DNA from: an uncultured Gemmatimonadaceae bacterium
GTDB taxonomy: Bacteria > Gemmatimonadota > Gemmatimonadetes > Gemmatimonadales > Gemmatimonadaceae
Direction of reading: 5' to 3'
Assembly: GCA_963817955.1 (NCBI GenBank)
Contig: CAWFQK010000004.1
Span: 864,001 to 928,000, forward strand
DNA: 64,000 bases
Part shown: positions 1 through 10,295 of the stretch, one piece after another
How the letters are laid out: every line of letters starts with the position of its first letter
Position numbering within the stretch: position 1 is the stretch's first letter
Program-made: the position numbers and the translations under genes
Notes under the pieces: model-generated
Seen by the model: the letters and a program-made list of their open reading frames with translations, nothing else
Told to the model about the DNA's origin: nothing
Database searches by the model: none

Positions 1-924
1 CTCAATGCTCGTGCCCTGCGGCACGCGCGCCGGCTCGCCAACGGGCAGACTCTCCGCTGCGCGCCCGAGGTACGACGGATATGTCGCGCGCATCGCCACG
101 GCACCAACGAAGGGACGATCGGTGACACGCACCAGCGCCGTGTCGGTCGTGGAACGGCCGTCCGTCGCCACGATCGTGAGATCGCCTCGCAGCGGTCCCA
201 CTTCCATTGACGCGAGCCCGGTGCGCGGATCGACACTCACCGTCTGCGCGGCCCAGGCTTCGCCGGGCATGCGCTTTGACAGTACGATCGTGGTGCGCCG
301 CGGCGCCGCAATCTGTAGGCGAAGCGTTTCCCCGCGCAGCGCGGCGGGCGGCAAATTCGCGAAGCTGATCTTTGGCAGAAGCGTACCCTGCCACGCGCGC
401 ACGGGCTTGAGAATCGCGAGCAGACCATCGTTGTAGGCTGGCGCGGCGAACCCCAGCGCCGCGACCGCCACTGTCGCCACGCCCGTCGCTTGCCAGGCGC
501 CACGGCGCGCGGCGCGTTGCTCGGCGGGCACCAGACGCAGGCCACCCGGCCCGAGTTGCTGGACGACGGCCGCAGCCGCGCGGCGGCCAAGCGCGCCGCT
601 GTTCGCTACTTCCATTGCGCCACGCAACGCCCCCGCGCGCAACGACTGCTCGCGCTCGATTGCCGCAGCGACATTATGGCGTCCCGTTCGGCGGTCGAGC
701 TGGCGCACGGTCCAACGCACCACGACCACATCCACGCCGAGCACGACCAGCCAGACGATGAACGGCACGGCGCGCGGCAGCGTGAGCCAGCGCGCGCTGC
801 CCAGCGCCGATGCACCGAGCGCGAGCAGGAGACATGTCGCGCCGACCGTCAGCGCACCGCCGACAAGCAGGTGCGCGTGGCGCAACCGTGTCCGCTCGCG
901 ATCGACGAGTTCGACGATTGTCAT
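1..924 (-). CDS. Membrane protein, DUF4175-like, partial (runs off left edge)
   Basis: Hand translation from ATG at 924 (overlaps the stop of the upstream gene, ATGA): MTIVELVDRERTRLRHAHLLVGGALTVG..., with hydrophobic segments and 'AAAIEREQSLRAGALRGAME'. No stop seen in the part I translated. Family name inferred from its position after a DUF4159 gene. Confidence 0.55.
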   Translation of the reverse strand, partial: MTIVELVDRERTRLRHAHLLVGGALTVGATCLLLALGASALGSARWLTLPRAVPFIVWLVVLGVDVVVVRWTVRQLDRRTGRHNVAAAIEREQSLRAGALRGAMEVANSGALGRRAAAAVVQQLGPGGLRLVPAEQRAARRGAWQATGVATVAVAALGFAAPAYNDGLLAILKPVRAWQGTLLPKISFANLPPAALRGETLRLQIAAPRRTTIVLSKRMPGEAWAAQTVSVDPRTGLASMEVGPLRGDLTIVATDGRSTTDTALVRVTDRPFVGAVAMRATYPSYLGRAAESLPVGEPARVPQGTSIE

Positions 925-1607
925 GGTGTCGGCCGGCTCGTCACGGCGTAAACGAACAGGTTCACGCCCATGCGTAGCGCGGCTTCGTGGAGCTCCGGCG
1001 GATCGTGATAGACCTCGGGATCTTCCCATCCGTTTCCGAGATCACTCGAGAAGCTGTAGTACACCGCGAGACGGTCGCCGAGGAAAATACCGAAGCCGCG
1101 CGCCGGAAGTCCGTCGTGCTCGTGGATCTTCGGAATGCCTTTCGGCATGTCGTAGACGATGTGGTAGATCGGGTGCGACAGCGGCACGTCCACCAGTGGT
1201 CGGTCGGGGTACACGCGCTTGATCTCGCGACGGAAGCTCTCATCGAGACCATAATTGTCATCGACGTGCAGAAATCCGCCGCGCCGCAGATATTCGCGAA
1301 GGCGCAGGACCTCGGCATCGCTGAAATGAATGTTGCCGTGGCCAGTGACGTGGATGAACGGGTAATCCCACAGCTTGTCATCCATCAGCGTGACGCGTGC
1401 CTCGGTCTTGTCCACCTGCAGCGAGGTCCGTTGGCGGATGGCGGCAAGCAGATTCGGCAAACTGGATGGATTGGCATACCAATCTCCGCCGCCGTCGTAC
1501 TGGAGCCGCGCGATCGTCAGAATTGGTGGATTCGGGCGCGCGCCGGCGAGCGGCAGCACTGCTACCAGGGCGAGCATGCACCAGCGACGACCGAACGACA
1601 GTCTCAT
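921..1607 (-). CDS. DUF4159 domain-containing protein
   Basis: Motifs IARLQYDGGGDWY, YPFIHVTGHG, LREYLRRGGFLHVDD, DLGNGWE, ALRMGVN; N-terminal signal peptide. Confidence 0.85.
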   Translation of the reverse strand: MRLSFGRRWCMLALVAVLPLAGARPNPPILTIARLQYDGGGDWYANPSSLPNLLAAIRQRTSLQVDKTEARVTLMDDKLWDYPFIHVTGHGNIHFSDAEVLRLREYLRRGGFLHVDDNYGLDESFRREIKRVYPDRPLVDVPLSHPIYHIVYDMPKGIPKIHEHDGLPARGFGIFLGDRLAVYYSFSSDLGNGWEDPEVYHDPPELHEAALRMGVNLFVYAVTSRPTP

Positions 1608-2472
1608 TCTGCTTCCTCTTCTCCACCCCGATCCTGCGCCATCTTGTACGCTAGTCGCTTGGGGACACCAAGCTCCTCCGCCACGATTGCCGCCACATCA
1701 CGGCTGCTCATGCCTTGGGCGCGTAGCGTACGCACTCGCTGCCGAACGAGATCGTCGCTCGCCGCCTCCCGTATGGCAGCGCCAAGCACGACCACGACTT
1801 CGCCACGAGGTGGATGTTCCTCGTAGTACGCGCGGAGCTCGGCAACTGTTCCTCGACGCACCTCTTCGTACTGCTTCGTCATTTCGCGGGCCACCGCGGC
1901 CTTCCGGCTTCCGTTTCCTGCGCCCTCGAGTTCGGCGAGCGTCTCTGCAACGCGATTCGGGGCTTCGTACAGCACGGCCGTATGACGCAGCGTCGAGATC
2001 TCGTCGAGGGTAGTGCGCCGTTCATTCCCGGTGCGCGCGAGGAAGCCGAAGAACGTGAACCGGTCGACGTCGAGCCCCGACGCGACGAGCGCGGCGAGCA
2101 GTGCCGACGCGCCCGGAATTGGCGCGACGCGACACCAGCCTCGATGGCGGCGGTCACGAGCCGCGATCCGGGATCGGAGAACAACGGCGTGCCGGCGTCG
2201 GATATCAGCGCCAGCGAATCGCCGGCGCACAAGCGAGCGACGAGGCCTGGGGTCATCTTCGCCTCGTTGTGCTCGTGATAGGCAACGCTCGGTGTCGCGA
2301 TACCGTACCGATCGAGCAGGTGGCGCGTGTGCCGCGTGTCCTCGGCCAGGATGAGGCCAACAGACTTCAGCGTCTCGATGGCGCGGAAAGAAAAATCCCC
2401 CATGTTGCCGATGGGGGTGCTGACGACATAGAGCGTTCCGGCGGCGGCCGGCTCCGTTACATCACTTTCCAC
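1604..2472 (-). CDS. rsmI: 16S rRNA C1402 2'-O-methyltransferase RsmI (frameshift near 2132)
   Basis: GTLYVVSTPIGN, AEDTRHT, ISDAGTP in one frame; PIPGASA, FFGFL, YEAPNRV, REMTKQYEE, PRGEVVVV in the other. Start codon uncertain. Confidence 0.9.
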
Positions 2473-3434
2473 GGCAGCTGATCGTAAAGGCCAGCCGACT
2501 GGAACATGTGCCGTCGATCCCACGTCAGCTCCTTGAGCAGATCGGCGGGCGAGGTCGCGTCGTGATCGACGGCGGTCCACATGACCTCGCGAATCAACGC
2601 GGCGATTCCGAGCGTGATGCCTACCGTATCGGCGAGCGGGTCCTTCGTGGGACGTCCGGAGAATGAGAACCCCTCGAGCGACGGGTGCGCCACGATCAGC
2701 CTCTGGCGTGCGTGCTCGGCAATGGCGGGCGCGCTGTCACGCCCCTGCTCCACGAGCCGCTGCACGAGGGCTGACGCGAGATCGCGGTACGCCTGGATGA
2801 GCGCGGGCGGTGCTTGAACAGGCAGAGGGTTGGGAACACCCCAGCGCGAGACGCGCAGATCGCCGACACGGCCCTCGCGCCCAAAGAGCTTGGCGACGCG
2901 ATCGACCACTGTGCCATGAAGCGCAGTCGCGAGAAAAGCGCGCGCCACGCTGCCGTTGCTGTACGCCAGATAGTTGACGTTGTCGTTGGCGATGATCTCG
3001 ATGATGCCGTCGAACGTCGTAGACATGAGATAGGGGAAGAGCGCCGCCGGGTTGTGCGGCACCATTGACCCCGGCCACGGTTCAGGCGCCATCGACTGCG
3101 TGGCGAACATACAGGCGAGCTGTTCCTCATCTGCCTCGTGGAAGCAGATCTCACCGTATTCCGGCTCCGGCGGCACCTTGTCGATCGCCTCCGCGATCGA
3201 CAGCGCCCTGGCGCCGCGTGCGTCGAGCACCGTCGCATTTGCCACTTCGCCGTCAAGCAAGTAGAGCATCACCAGCTCGTCGGGCAGCGACACGGCGACG
3301 TACCCCGAGATGCGCGCAGCGCGATCACGCTTGGCGTCGGTCAGGAGGTTGCGCAAGTGGACGTACGCCAGCCGCGTTCGAGGCAGCACGACGCGACTAT
3401 GCGGAAATCGAAGACCGGCGGGCGAGGCGGGCAT
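2457..3434 (-). CDS. Conserved hypothetical protein (325 aa)
   Basis: Long ORF with normal globular composition, ATG start, tightly packed between trxA and rsmI. Confidence 0.75.
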   Translation of the reverse strand: MPASPAGLRFPHSRVVLPRTRLAYVHLRNLLTDAKRDRAARISGYVAVSLPDELVMLYLLDGEVANATVLDARGARALSIAEAIDKVPPEPEYGEICFHEADEEQLACMFATQSMAPEPWPGSMVPHNPAALFPYLMSTTFDGIIEIIANDNVNYLAYSNGSVARAFLATALHGTVVDRVAKLFGREGRVGDLRVSRWGVPNPLPVQAPPALIQAYRDLASALVQRLVEQGRDSAPAIAEHARQRLIVAHPSLEGFSFSGRPTKDPLADTVGITLGIAALIREVMWTAVDHDATSPADLLKELTWDRRHMFQSAGLYDQLPWKVM

Positions 3435-3486
3435 GGATACTCAGAAGATCATGCCCGGGACTGAGATTGGCTAGAAGGAACCGAGT

Positions 3487-3813
3487 CTATGCCGTGTGCT
3501 GCTGCACCTTCGACTCGATCTTCGACTTCGGCACGGCGCCGATGATCTGATCGACCACCTTGCCGTCCTTGAAGAACAACAACGTAGGGATGGAACGGAC
3601 GTTGAAGCGCGAGCCGGTCTTGATGTTCGCATCCACGTCCAGTTTGGTGACCTTCAGCGTGCCCTGATATTCCGTTGCGAGCTGATCGAGAATCGGCGCG
3701 ATCATGCGGCACGGGCCGCACCAGGTCGCCCAGAAGTCCACGATGGTCAACCCATCGTTCTTCTCGACCTCTTGCTCGAAGTTGGCGTCATTTACGGCGA
3801 TCACGTTCGACAT
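3487..3813 (-). CDS. trxA: Thioredoxin
   Basis: DFWATWCGPC and SIPTLL motifs; start MSNVIAV. Confidence 0.97.
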   Translation of the reverse strand: MSNVIAVNDANFEQEVEKNDGLTIVDFWATWCGPCRMIAPILDQLATEYQGTLKVTKLDVDANIKTGSRFNVRSIPTLLFFKDGKVVDQIIGAVPKSKIESKVQQHTA

Positions 3814-3888
3814 GAATGCTTCTCTCTGTGGTGGCCTCTGATAATTTACCCGCGCGCCCAAGCCCTCCAACGCCCGGAGTATTCCTCG

Positions 3889-4299
3889 ATGCAAGAACGT
3901 TCCAGCCGCGGCACCCAGATCGCCCACATCGGCATAGCCGTGCGCGGTCTCGATGACAGCGTGTCCTTTTACCGCGACGTACTCGGGCTAGCCGACGTCC
4001 CGATGGACGACGCCGACGGTGCAAAGATCGTCGGCTTGGCCGCCGGGCCATCGCTCGTCGAGCTCCTCGAGGCCCAGTCGCCCGACTCGCCGATTGGAAC
4101 GTTCGTCGCCAAGCGCGGACCCGGCATCCACCACGTCTGCTTCGCGGTCGACGATCTGAACGCCACCCTCGACCGGTGCCGGACGCACGGGATTCGTCTC
4201 ATCGATGAAACGCCGCGCATTGGCGCCGAGGGGAAACGCATCGCCTTTCTGCATCCCGCATCGACGTCAGGCGTACTCGTCGAGTTGACCGAGCACTGA
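3889..4299 (+). CDS. mce: Methylmalonyl-CoA epimerase (VOC family)
   Basis: IAHIGIAV, VELLE, RGPGIHHVCFAVDD, GAEGKRIAFLHP, GVLVEL. Confidence 0.9.
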   Translation: MQERSSRGTQIAHIGIAVRGLDDSVSFYRDVLGLADVPMDDADGAKIVGLAAGPSLVELLEAQSPDSPIGTFVAKRGPGIHHVCFAVDDLNATLDRCRTHGIRLIDETPRIGAEGKRIAFLHPASTSGVLVELTEH

Positions 4300-4304
4300 C
4301 GCCG

Positions 4305-4757
4305 TCAGCTGCGGTGGGAGCAGATCTGCTGCAGCGCCTGCAAGTCGAAGCTCTTGACGAACCACCGATCCGCCGGTCCGCGCACGACTTCGAAGTTGGA
4401 TGACTGGCTGATCGTGCCAAACGTCAGGTTGACCACGATGGCACGGTTGCCACCCGGATTCGGCGCTTCCCCGACAATGTCATAGCGGTCGTGACGCAGA
4501 CACATCATCATGATCAACTCACGTTTCTCCAGCTCGTCGCGCGGCAGTGCGTCGCGAGCCGGTCCATCCGGGCCGCCCCATATGGCACCCATGGCCTGGA
4601 GATCCTGTTGTTTGGCCGCGGTCATGAAGCCGCGCACGGCACTCACGGCGTCGGCCGCACCGGTCTGATTCCCCGACAGCACAGGCGACGATGACGTTCC
4701 CGGCGGCGACGAATGGCAGGCCGCGAGGAGCACGACGCCCATGATAAGTTTCTTCAC
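4305..4757 (-). CDS. Putative lipoprotein
   Basis: GTG start after [19 protein letters not shown] lipobox; globular C-terminal part. Confidence 0.7.
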   Translation of the reverse strand: MKKLIMGVVLLAACHSSPPGTSSSPVLSGNQTGAADAVSAVRGFMTAAKQQDLQAMGAIWGGPDGPARDALPRDELEKRELIMMMCLRHDRYDIVGEAPNPGGNRAIVVNLTFGTISQSSNFEVVRGPADRWFVKSFDLQALQQICSHRS

Positions 4758-4835
4758 TCGAACCTCTCGATCAGCGTGGTTCCAACAACACGTCGCGTTT
4801 CTACCGCAGCAACGGCTCAGGAGGTCCGCGGCACC

Positions 4836-5561
4836 ATGCGTCAGCGACTCTACATCAACATCGATCATATCGCGACGCTTCGCCAAGCGCGGCGCGGCGC
4901 GGAACCCGACCCGATTGCCGGCGCCGCCGTGTGTGAGCGTGCCGGCGCGGATGGCATTACCGCGCATCTCCGCGAAGACCGCCGGCATATTCAGGACGAC
5001 GACATCGAGCGGCTCGCCACATCCGTCCTGACCGTCCTCAACCTGGAGATGGCCTGCACCGACGAGATGCTCGCCATTGCCGAGCGCTTGCGGCCTCACC
5101 AAGTGACGTTCGTTCCCGAGCGCCGCGAGGAGATCACGACGGAAGGAGGGCTCGACGTCGCACGCAACGACGGGCGGCTCGCTGAGGGGCTGGCGCGGAT
5201 GAACGTCGCGGGCATTCGGACGAGCCTCTTCATCGGGCCCGATCTCGAGGCGGTTGACCGCTCGCGCGCGCTCGGCGCCGCGGCGATCGAACTCCACACC
5301 GGCCAGTATGCGAACGCCGCCCTCGACCCGGCGACGCTCGGTGCATTGCGTGACGCGTCGAGACACGGCGCGTCGATTGGATTGGCGGTGCACGCGGGAC
5401 ACGGGTTGACGGTGGCGAACGTCGGGCCGGTGGCGGCGATCCCGGAAATCGAGGAGCTGAACATTGGCCATTCAGTGATCGGGCGCGCCATTTTCGTCGG
5501 TCTCGCGGAAGCAGTGCGCGAGCTGCGGCGAGCCATGGACGACGCCCGGGCGTCAACCTAA
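4836..5561 (+). CDS. pdxJ: Pyridoxine 5'-phosphate synthase
   Basis: [42 protein letters not shown]. Confidence 0.97.
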   Translation: MRQRLYINIDHIATLRQARRGAEPDPIAGAAVCERAGADGITAHLREDRRHIQDDDIERLATSVLTVLNLEMACTDEMLAIAERLRPHQVTFVPERREEITTEGGLDVARNDGRLAEGLARMNVAGIRTSLFIGPDLEAVDRSRALGAAAIELHTGQYANAALDPATLGALRDASRHGASIGLAVHAGHGLTVANVGPVAAIPEIEELNIGHSVIGRAIFVGLAEAVRELRRAMDDARAST

Positions 5562-5591
5562 CTTCGTCACGCGCACACCAACGGAGCGTGG

Positions 5592-7205
5592 ATGACCGGA
5601 GCCCCAGGATTTCTCGAGTTCTTCATTCTCGAAGCCAGCGACTACGTCGAGCAGCTTGACGGGCTGCTGCTCGGGGGTGGCTCCAGTGGTCCTGACCCCG
5701 ACGCGCTACAGCGCGTGGCGCGTGCATTGCGCGGCACGGCGACGATGGCCAAGCTGTCTTCATTCGCCGACGTCGCGGCGGGTCTGGAGCGCATCGGCCG
5801 CGCCATGCAGGAAGCGACGTTGGCCTGGAGCCCGTCGCTCGGCGGCGCGCTCGTCGCAACAGTCGACGATCTGAAGACCCTGCTCCACGCCGCGCGTACG
5901 TGGTCGCCAACGGAAGACCAGCGCGCCAACGCGCGCAGCACCGAGCTGTCTCGCTTCGCACCGCTGCGCACGCCAGCCGCAATACGCGCGGTCGGTGACG
6001 TGGACACGCCGGCCTCAGGATCCACCTTTTTCGCTACGGAAACCGCCAATATCGCTGCCGGACTCGAGTTGCTCACCACACGTCCGGGTGACCGCGATAC
6101 GGCGGCCAATGTGCTGCGCCGTATCCGCGCCCTGCGCGGTGTTGCCGGCGTTAAGGAAATCGGCCCGCTGGCCGACGCGCTTGAAGCAACCGAAGAGGCT
6201 GCGCGGGGACTCGAATGGGGCGACGAGCCGCTGGTGCCGGAAGCACGCGGCCTGCTCGAGAGCGCGGCGGCCTACCTGCGTGCGCTGTCTTCAGCGTTGC
6301 GGACCGGCGGGGCCATCGATATTGCCGGTCAGACGCGCGACAGCTTCATCGCCGCACAGGACGCATGGAACAATCGCGCCGGCGAACGCGACCGGGTGGT
6401 GCCGATCTCCCACCTCTTCTATTCGGACGGGACGCCCGGGCTCGTCCAGACAGATCAGAACCCGCCCACGTCGGCCTCCGAACGCTTCCGGCTGGAGTTG
6501 GTGAGCCTGGGCGAGCATTTGCGGCAAGTGGTAGACAGCGCGCGGCATGCGACCGACGCAGGCTCGTCGGCGCGTGCGAAGCGCGACCTCCGACGCGCGC
6601 TGATCGCCCTTCAGGCTGCGGCCGAGAGCTTTGATGAACTCGAGGTGGCCGCCTTCATTGGCACCCACATCGAGTCAACCCAGCGTCTGGATTTCCTCGG
6701 GCTGGCCGCGCTCGAGGATCTGGCCGCCATGCTCGCCGATCCTGGGACGCAGGGCGAACGCCTTCGCGAACGCGTGCATGACATCGGAACCCATCGCGAC
6801 CTGACCCGCTCGATCGGGGCTGGGTTCGGCGGCGCAGCGCCTGCGCCTGTCGCGACACTCGTGACAGCACCCGTCGCTCCACCTATTGTCGCACCAACGG
6901 TCGCGACACCCGTCGCGCCCGTCGTGCCACCGCCAGTGCTCATCCAGTCGCTTGACTACTCGAGTGCAGACCTGATCGACTCGAGCATCGCGGCGCTGGA
7001 GGCGATGAACGCGCATCCATTCGCGGAGCCCGTGACGCTTCCAGAGGACGCGGTGGTGCCCATCGAGACGCTCCTCTATCGTGGGAGGAACGCTCTCGAC
7101 CGAGCCGTGGAGATCCGCGATGACCTGCGCCGCCATGGTGCGACTTCCGATCTGGTCGCGCTCGAGGAGTTGTTCGATCTCCTCGAGTTGGCACGGGCGG
7201 AGTAA
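5592..7205 (+). CDS. Multi-Hpt-like helical protein lacking the phospho-His
   Basis: N-terminus FLEFFILEASDYVEQLD...LQRVARALRGTATMA resembles CheA P1/Hpt; similar units repeat downstream. Confidence 0.65.
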   Translation: MTGAPGFLEFFILEASDYVEQLDGLLLGGGSSGPDPDALQRVARALRGTATMAKLSSFADVAAGLERIGRAMQEATLAWSPSLGGALVATVDDLKTLLHAARTWSPTEDQRANARSTELSRFAPLRTPAAIRAVGDVDTPASGSTFFATETANIAAGLELLTTRPGDRDTAANVLRRIRALRGVAGVKEIGPLADALEATEEAARGLEWGDEPLVPEARGLLESAAAYLRALSSALRTGGAIDIAGQTRDSFIAAQDAWNNRAGERDRVVPISHLFYSDGTPGLVQTDQNPPTSASERFRLELVSLGEHLRQVVDSARHATDAGSSARAKRDLRRALIALQAAAESFDELEVAAFIGTHIESTQRLDFLGLAALEDLAAMLADPGTQGERLRERVHDIGTHRDLTRSIGAGFGGAAPAPVATLVTAPVAPPIVAPTVATPVAPVVPPPVLIQSLDYSSADLIDSSIAALEAMNAHPFAEPVTLPEDAVVPIETLLYRGRNALDRAVEIRDDLRRHGATSDLVALEELFDLLELARAE

Positions 7206-7210
7206 GTCAG

Positions 7211-8224
7211 ATGAAGTTCGGCTGGCGTGGCGCGCTCGGGATCATCGTCAGCGCGGGGTTCCTGTACTTCGCGTTTCGAGACATCGAGTGGACCCGTTCA
7301 CTCCAGACAGCCAGGCACGCGAATTACTTCCTACTCATTTGCAGTGTCCTGGTAGCGACGGCAATGTTTCCGCTGCGCGCACGCCGGTGGCGGACGATTC
7401 TCGATCCAGTCGCGCCGAAATTGCCGTTCGGACCACTCTGGCGGTCAGTCTCGATTGGCGTGATGGTGACCAATGTCGTTCCGCTTCGTGCCGGCGAGCT
7501 GGCGCGCGCGTACGCGTTGACGCGAGAAATTCGATCGGTGAGCTTCTCGACCGCGATCGCGTCGATCGCTGTGGACCGCGTATTTGACGCGATCGTCGTG
7601 CTCCTGCTCCTCGCCGTAGGACTGCTGGCCGCGGGCTTCCCGGCCGGCACGACCATTAGGGGCTACTCCATCGCCCATGCCGCGACGCTGTTCGCCTTCG
7701 CGCCACTCGTGCTGCTCGTCGCGCTGTACACCCTCGTGTTCATTCCCACTACCCTCATCCGCCTGTTCGAATTGACGGCGCGGAAGGTGTCGCCAGTCGT
7801 GGAGCGACGGGGCAGCGAGATGCTCCGCCAGTTCGCCGACGGGCTGAGTGTGTTGCGCACGCCGGGCCACTTCATCGCGGTATTCGGGTGGACGCTGCTG
7901 CACTGGCTGGTGCAGCCCTTCGCGTTCTGGCTCGCATTCCTCGCCGTCGGCATTCATGTGCCATGGGGAGCAACGCTGATCGTGCAGGGCATCATCGTCC
8001 TTCTCGTCGCACTCCCCTCTGCACCCGGATTCTTCGGCACATTCGAGTACGGGGCCGGAATTGCGCTGGGGTTCTACGGAGTCAGCAACTCGGACGCCGC
8101 CACGTGGGCGCTGATTTTCCACGTCGCGACGTACATTCCGATCACGCTCATCGGGGCCCTCTACGCCGGTAGGCTCGGGCTCACCATGGGCGACATCGGC
8201 TCGGCTGGCGACCAGAGCGAATGA
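7211..8224 (+). CDS. Lysylphosphatidylglycerol synthase TM / flippase-like protein (UPF0104)
   Basis: LRARRWRTIL, NVVPLRAGELAR, DRVFD, PSAPGFFGTFE; multiple TM helices. Confidence 0.85.
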   Translation: MKFGWRGALGIIVSAGFLYFAFRDIEWTRSLQTARHANYFLLICSVLVATAMFPLRARRWRTILDPVAPKLPFGPLWRSVSIGVMVTNVVPLRAGELARAYALTREIRSVSFSTAIASIAVDRVFDAIVVLLLLAVGLLAAGFPAGTTIRGYSIAHAATLFAFAPLVLLVALYTLVFIPTTLIRLFELTARKVSPVVERRGSEMLRQFADGLSVLRTPGHFIAVFGWTLLHWLVQPFAFWLAFLAVGIHVPWGATLIVQGIIVLLVALPSAPGFFGTFEYGAGIALGFYGVSNSDAATWALIFHVATYIPITLIGALYAGRLGLTMGDIGSAGDQSE

Positions 8225-9105
8225 CGCTGTCCGCTCGCGTCGTGGCGCAGGCCAAGGTCAACCTGCTCCTTCGCGTTCTCGCACGTGAAACGAGCGGCTA
8301 TCACTCCATCGAAACGGTATTTCTACGTCTCGACCTCGGCGACGACGTTTGCGTTCGGATCGTGAACGGACACACGCTCGATTGTGCAGGCCCTGCAATG
8401 CCCGCCGCGGGGCTTGGGCCGGCCCAGCAGAACCTGGCCTATCGCGCCGCCGCGACATACGCCGAGGCCACGGGATGGCCCAGTGGATTCGCCATAGAGA
8501 TCGAGAAGCGAATTCCCGTTGGCGGAGGACTGGGCGGCGGCAGCGCTGACGCTGGAGCCGTGCTCCGGGCGCTCGACGCACTGGCGCCGAATCCGCTCGG
8601 CACGCGCCTCGTGGAGCTCGCAACCACGCTCGGTGCCGATGTGCCGTTCATGGCGACCGACAGTCCCATGGCACTCGCGTGGGGTCGTGGGGAACGCATG
8701 CTTCCGCTACGCGCCCTCGAGCCACGGGCCGCCGTTCTCATTATCCCCGATTTCGCGATCAATACCGCCGAGGCGTATGGGTGGCTCGCGGCGGATCGGG
8801 GGTCGTACGTGCCGGCAGCGACGGTCATTGCGCCGGAGGCACTCGATACATGGGAGTCGATGGCCGGTCTCGCCACCAACGAATTCGAGCGCGTCGTTGC
8901 GCGGCGAAGGCCGGTGATCGCCGAACTCGTCGACGAACTCGAGGCCGCGGGCGCGTGTGTGGCCATGATGAGCGGCTCCGGCTCGACGGTTTTCGGGATA
9001 TTCGACTGCTTCCCGGACGTGCCCGCGATCGCGCGCACTTCGAGTCACACTAAGGTCCTGACAGGAACGAGCGATCGAGTTGTAAGAGTGGTGTTGGATC
9101 GGTAG
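8221..9105 (+). CDS. ispE: 4-diphosphocytidyl-2-C-methyl-D-erythritol kinase
   Basis: AKVNLLLRV, KRIPVGGGLGGGSADA, LGADVPF, MSGSGSTVFG. Confidence 0.96.
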   Translation: MTLSARVVAQAKVNLLLRVLARETSGYHSIETVFLRLDLGDDVCVRIVNGHTLDCAGPAMPAAGLGPAQQNLAYRAAATYAEATGWPSGFAIEIEKRIPVGGGLGGGSADAGAVLRALDALAPNPLGTRLVELATTLGADVPFMATDSPMALAWGRGERMLPLRALEPRAAVLIIPDFAINTAEAYGWLAADRGSYVPAATVIAPEALDTWESMAGLATNEFERVVARRRPVIAELVDELEAAGACVAMMSGSGSTVFGIFDCFPDVPAIARTSSHTKVLTGTSDRVVRVVLDR

Positions 9106-9119
9106 CTTTCAGGGCTTGC

Positions 9120-9190
9120 TGCCCCCTCGTCCAATGGCAGGACATCGGACTTTGGATCCGAGAATGGTGGTTCGAATCCACCGGGGGCAA
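9120..9190 (+). tRNA. tRNA-Gln (anticodon TTG)
   Basis: Acceptor TGCCCCC/GGGGGCA, anticodon arm TCGGA-CTTTGGA-TCCGA, T arm GGTGG-TTCGAAT-CCACC; CCA not encoded; classic ispE-tRNA-Gln-prs position. Confidence 0.95.
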
Positions 9191-9227
9191 CGTTCAACTC
9201 CTGCCTATCTCAGCAAGGCTTCGCATC

Positions 9228-10180
9228 ATGGATGGACTAGCGGTCCCGAGTCATGGCTTGAAGGTTTTGTCCGGCACTGCCAACCGTGCGCTTGCGGAGG
9301 AGATCGCCCGCCATCTCGGAGTCGACCTGTGCCGGGTCAATCTGGGTCGGTTCGCCGACGGGGAGATCTTGGTTCGCATCGACGAGAACGTTCGCGGCAA
9401 CGACGTGTTCATCGTGCAGCCCACGAACCCGCCGGCCGAGAACATCATGGAGCTCCTGCTCCTGATCGACGCGGCGCGCCGGGCCTCGGCGGCGCGAATC
9501 ACCTGCGTGATGCCGTACTACGGCTACGCCCGGCAGGACCGCAAGGACCAGCCACGCGTGGCGATCGGCGCCAAGCTCATGGCGAACATGATCAAGGCCG
9601 CTGGCGCGGATCGGGTGCTGGGGGTGGACTTCCACCAGCACCAGCTCCAGGGGTTCTTCGACGTACCCGTGGATCACCTGTATGCAATGCCGGTGTTCAC
9701 GGCGCACTATCGCAAGAAGCAGCTGCAGGATCTGGTGGTCGTCGCGCCCGATGTCGGTTCGGCGAAGATGGCGCGGGGGTTCGCGAAACGGCTGAACGGA
9801 TCGCTCGCGATCATCGACAAGCGCCGGCCTCAGCCGAACGTGTCGGAAGTGGTGAACGTGGTTGGTGAAGTCGAGGGACATGATTGTATCCTCGTCGACG
9901 ACATGATCGACACGGCCGGGACGGTGACGGAAGCGGCGCGGGCGCTGAAGGGACTGGGTGCCAAGGACATCTACGTCTGCGCGACGCACGCGCTGCTGTC
10001 GGGTCCCGCCGTGGAACGGTTGAACGAAGCGCCGATCAAGGAAGTCGCGGTGACGGACACGATCGCGATTCCCGAGGACCGGCGCCCGAAGAACTGTGTG
10101 TTCTGTCCGTCGGCGAGCTGCTGTCGAAAGCGATTCGCTTCACGCATAGCGAGCAGTCGGTGAGTTCGCTGTTCGATTGA
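9228..10180 (+). CDS. prs: Ribose-phosphate pyrophosphokinase (frameshift near 10094)
   Basis: RFADGEI, PYYGYARQDRK, VAPDVG, LVDDMIDTAGT; C-terminal VLSVGELLSKAI...SVSSLFD lies in another frame. Confidence 0.96.
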
Positions 10181-10192
10181 AAGTCTGTTGGA

Positions 10193-10256
10193 CCTCGCGC
10201 AATTCTCATGGTAGGGAGGACGCAGCCTCCCGAGAGTAGACGGGATTGGCGCGAGG
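10193..10256 (+). promoter_or_regulatory. Candidate L25 ribosomal-protein leader RNA (5S rRNA loop E mimic)
   Basis: Hairpin with outer stem CCTCGCGC/GCGCGAGG and AATTCT/GGGATT, internal loop ATGGTAG (10208-14) opposite CGAGAGTAG (10231-39), apical stem GGAGG/CCTCC; 40 nt upstream of rplY. Confidence 0.7.
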
Positions 10257-10295
10257 AGGCTGCGAAGTTTCTGTTATCATACTGGTATTTGCACA

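Noticed and set aside
9120..9230. Integrative element at tRNA-Gln
   Set aside because: prs follows directly; no integrase or duplicated tRNA 3' end seen in the window
10193..10256. 5S rRNA gene or fragment
   Set aside because: Only the loop E nucleotides match; the other 5S helices and rRNA operon context are absent
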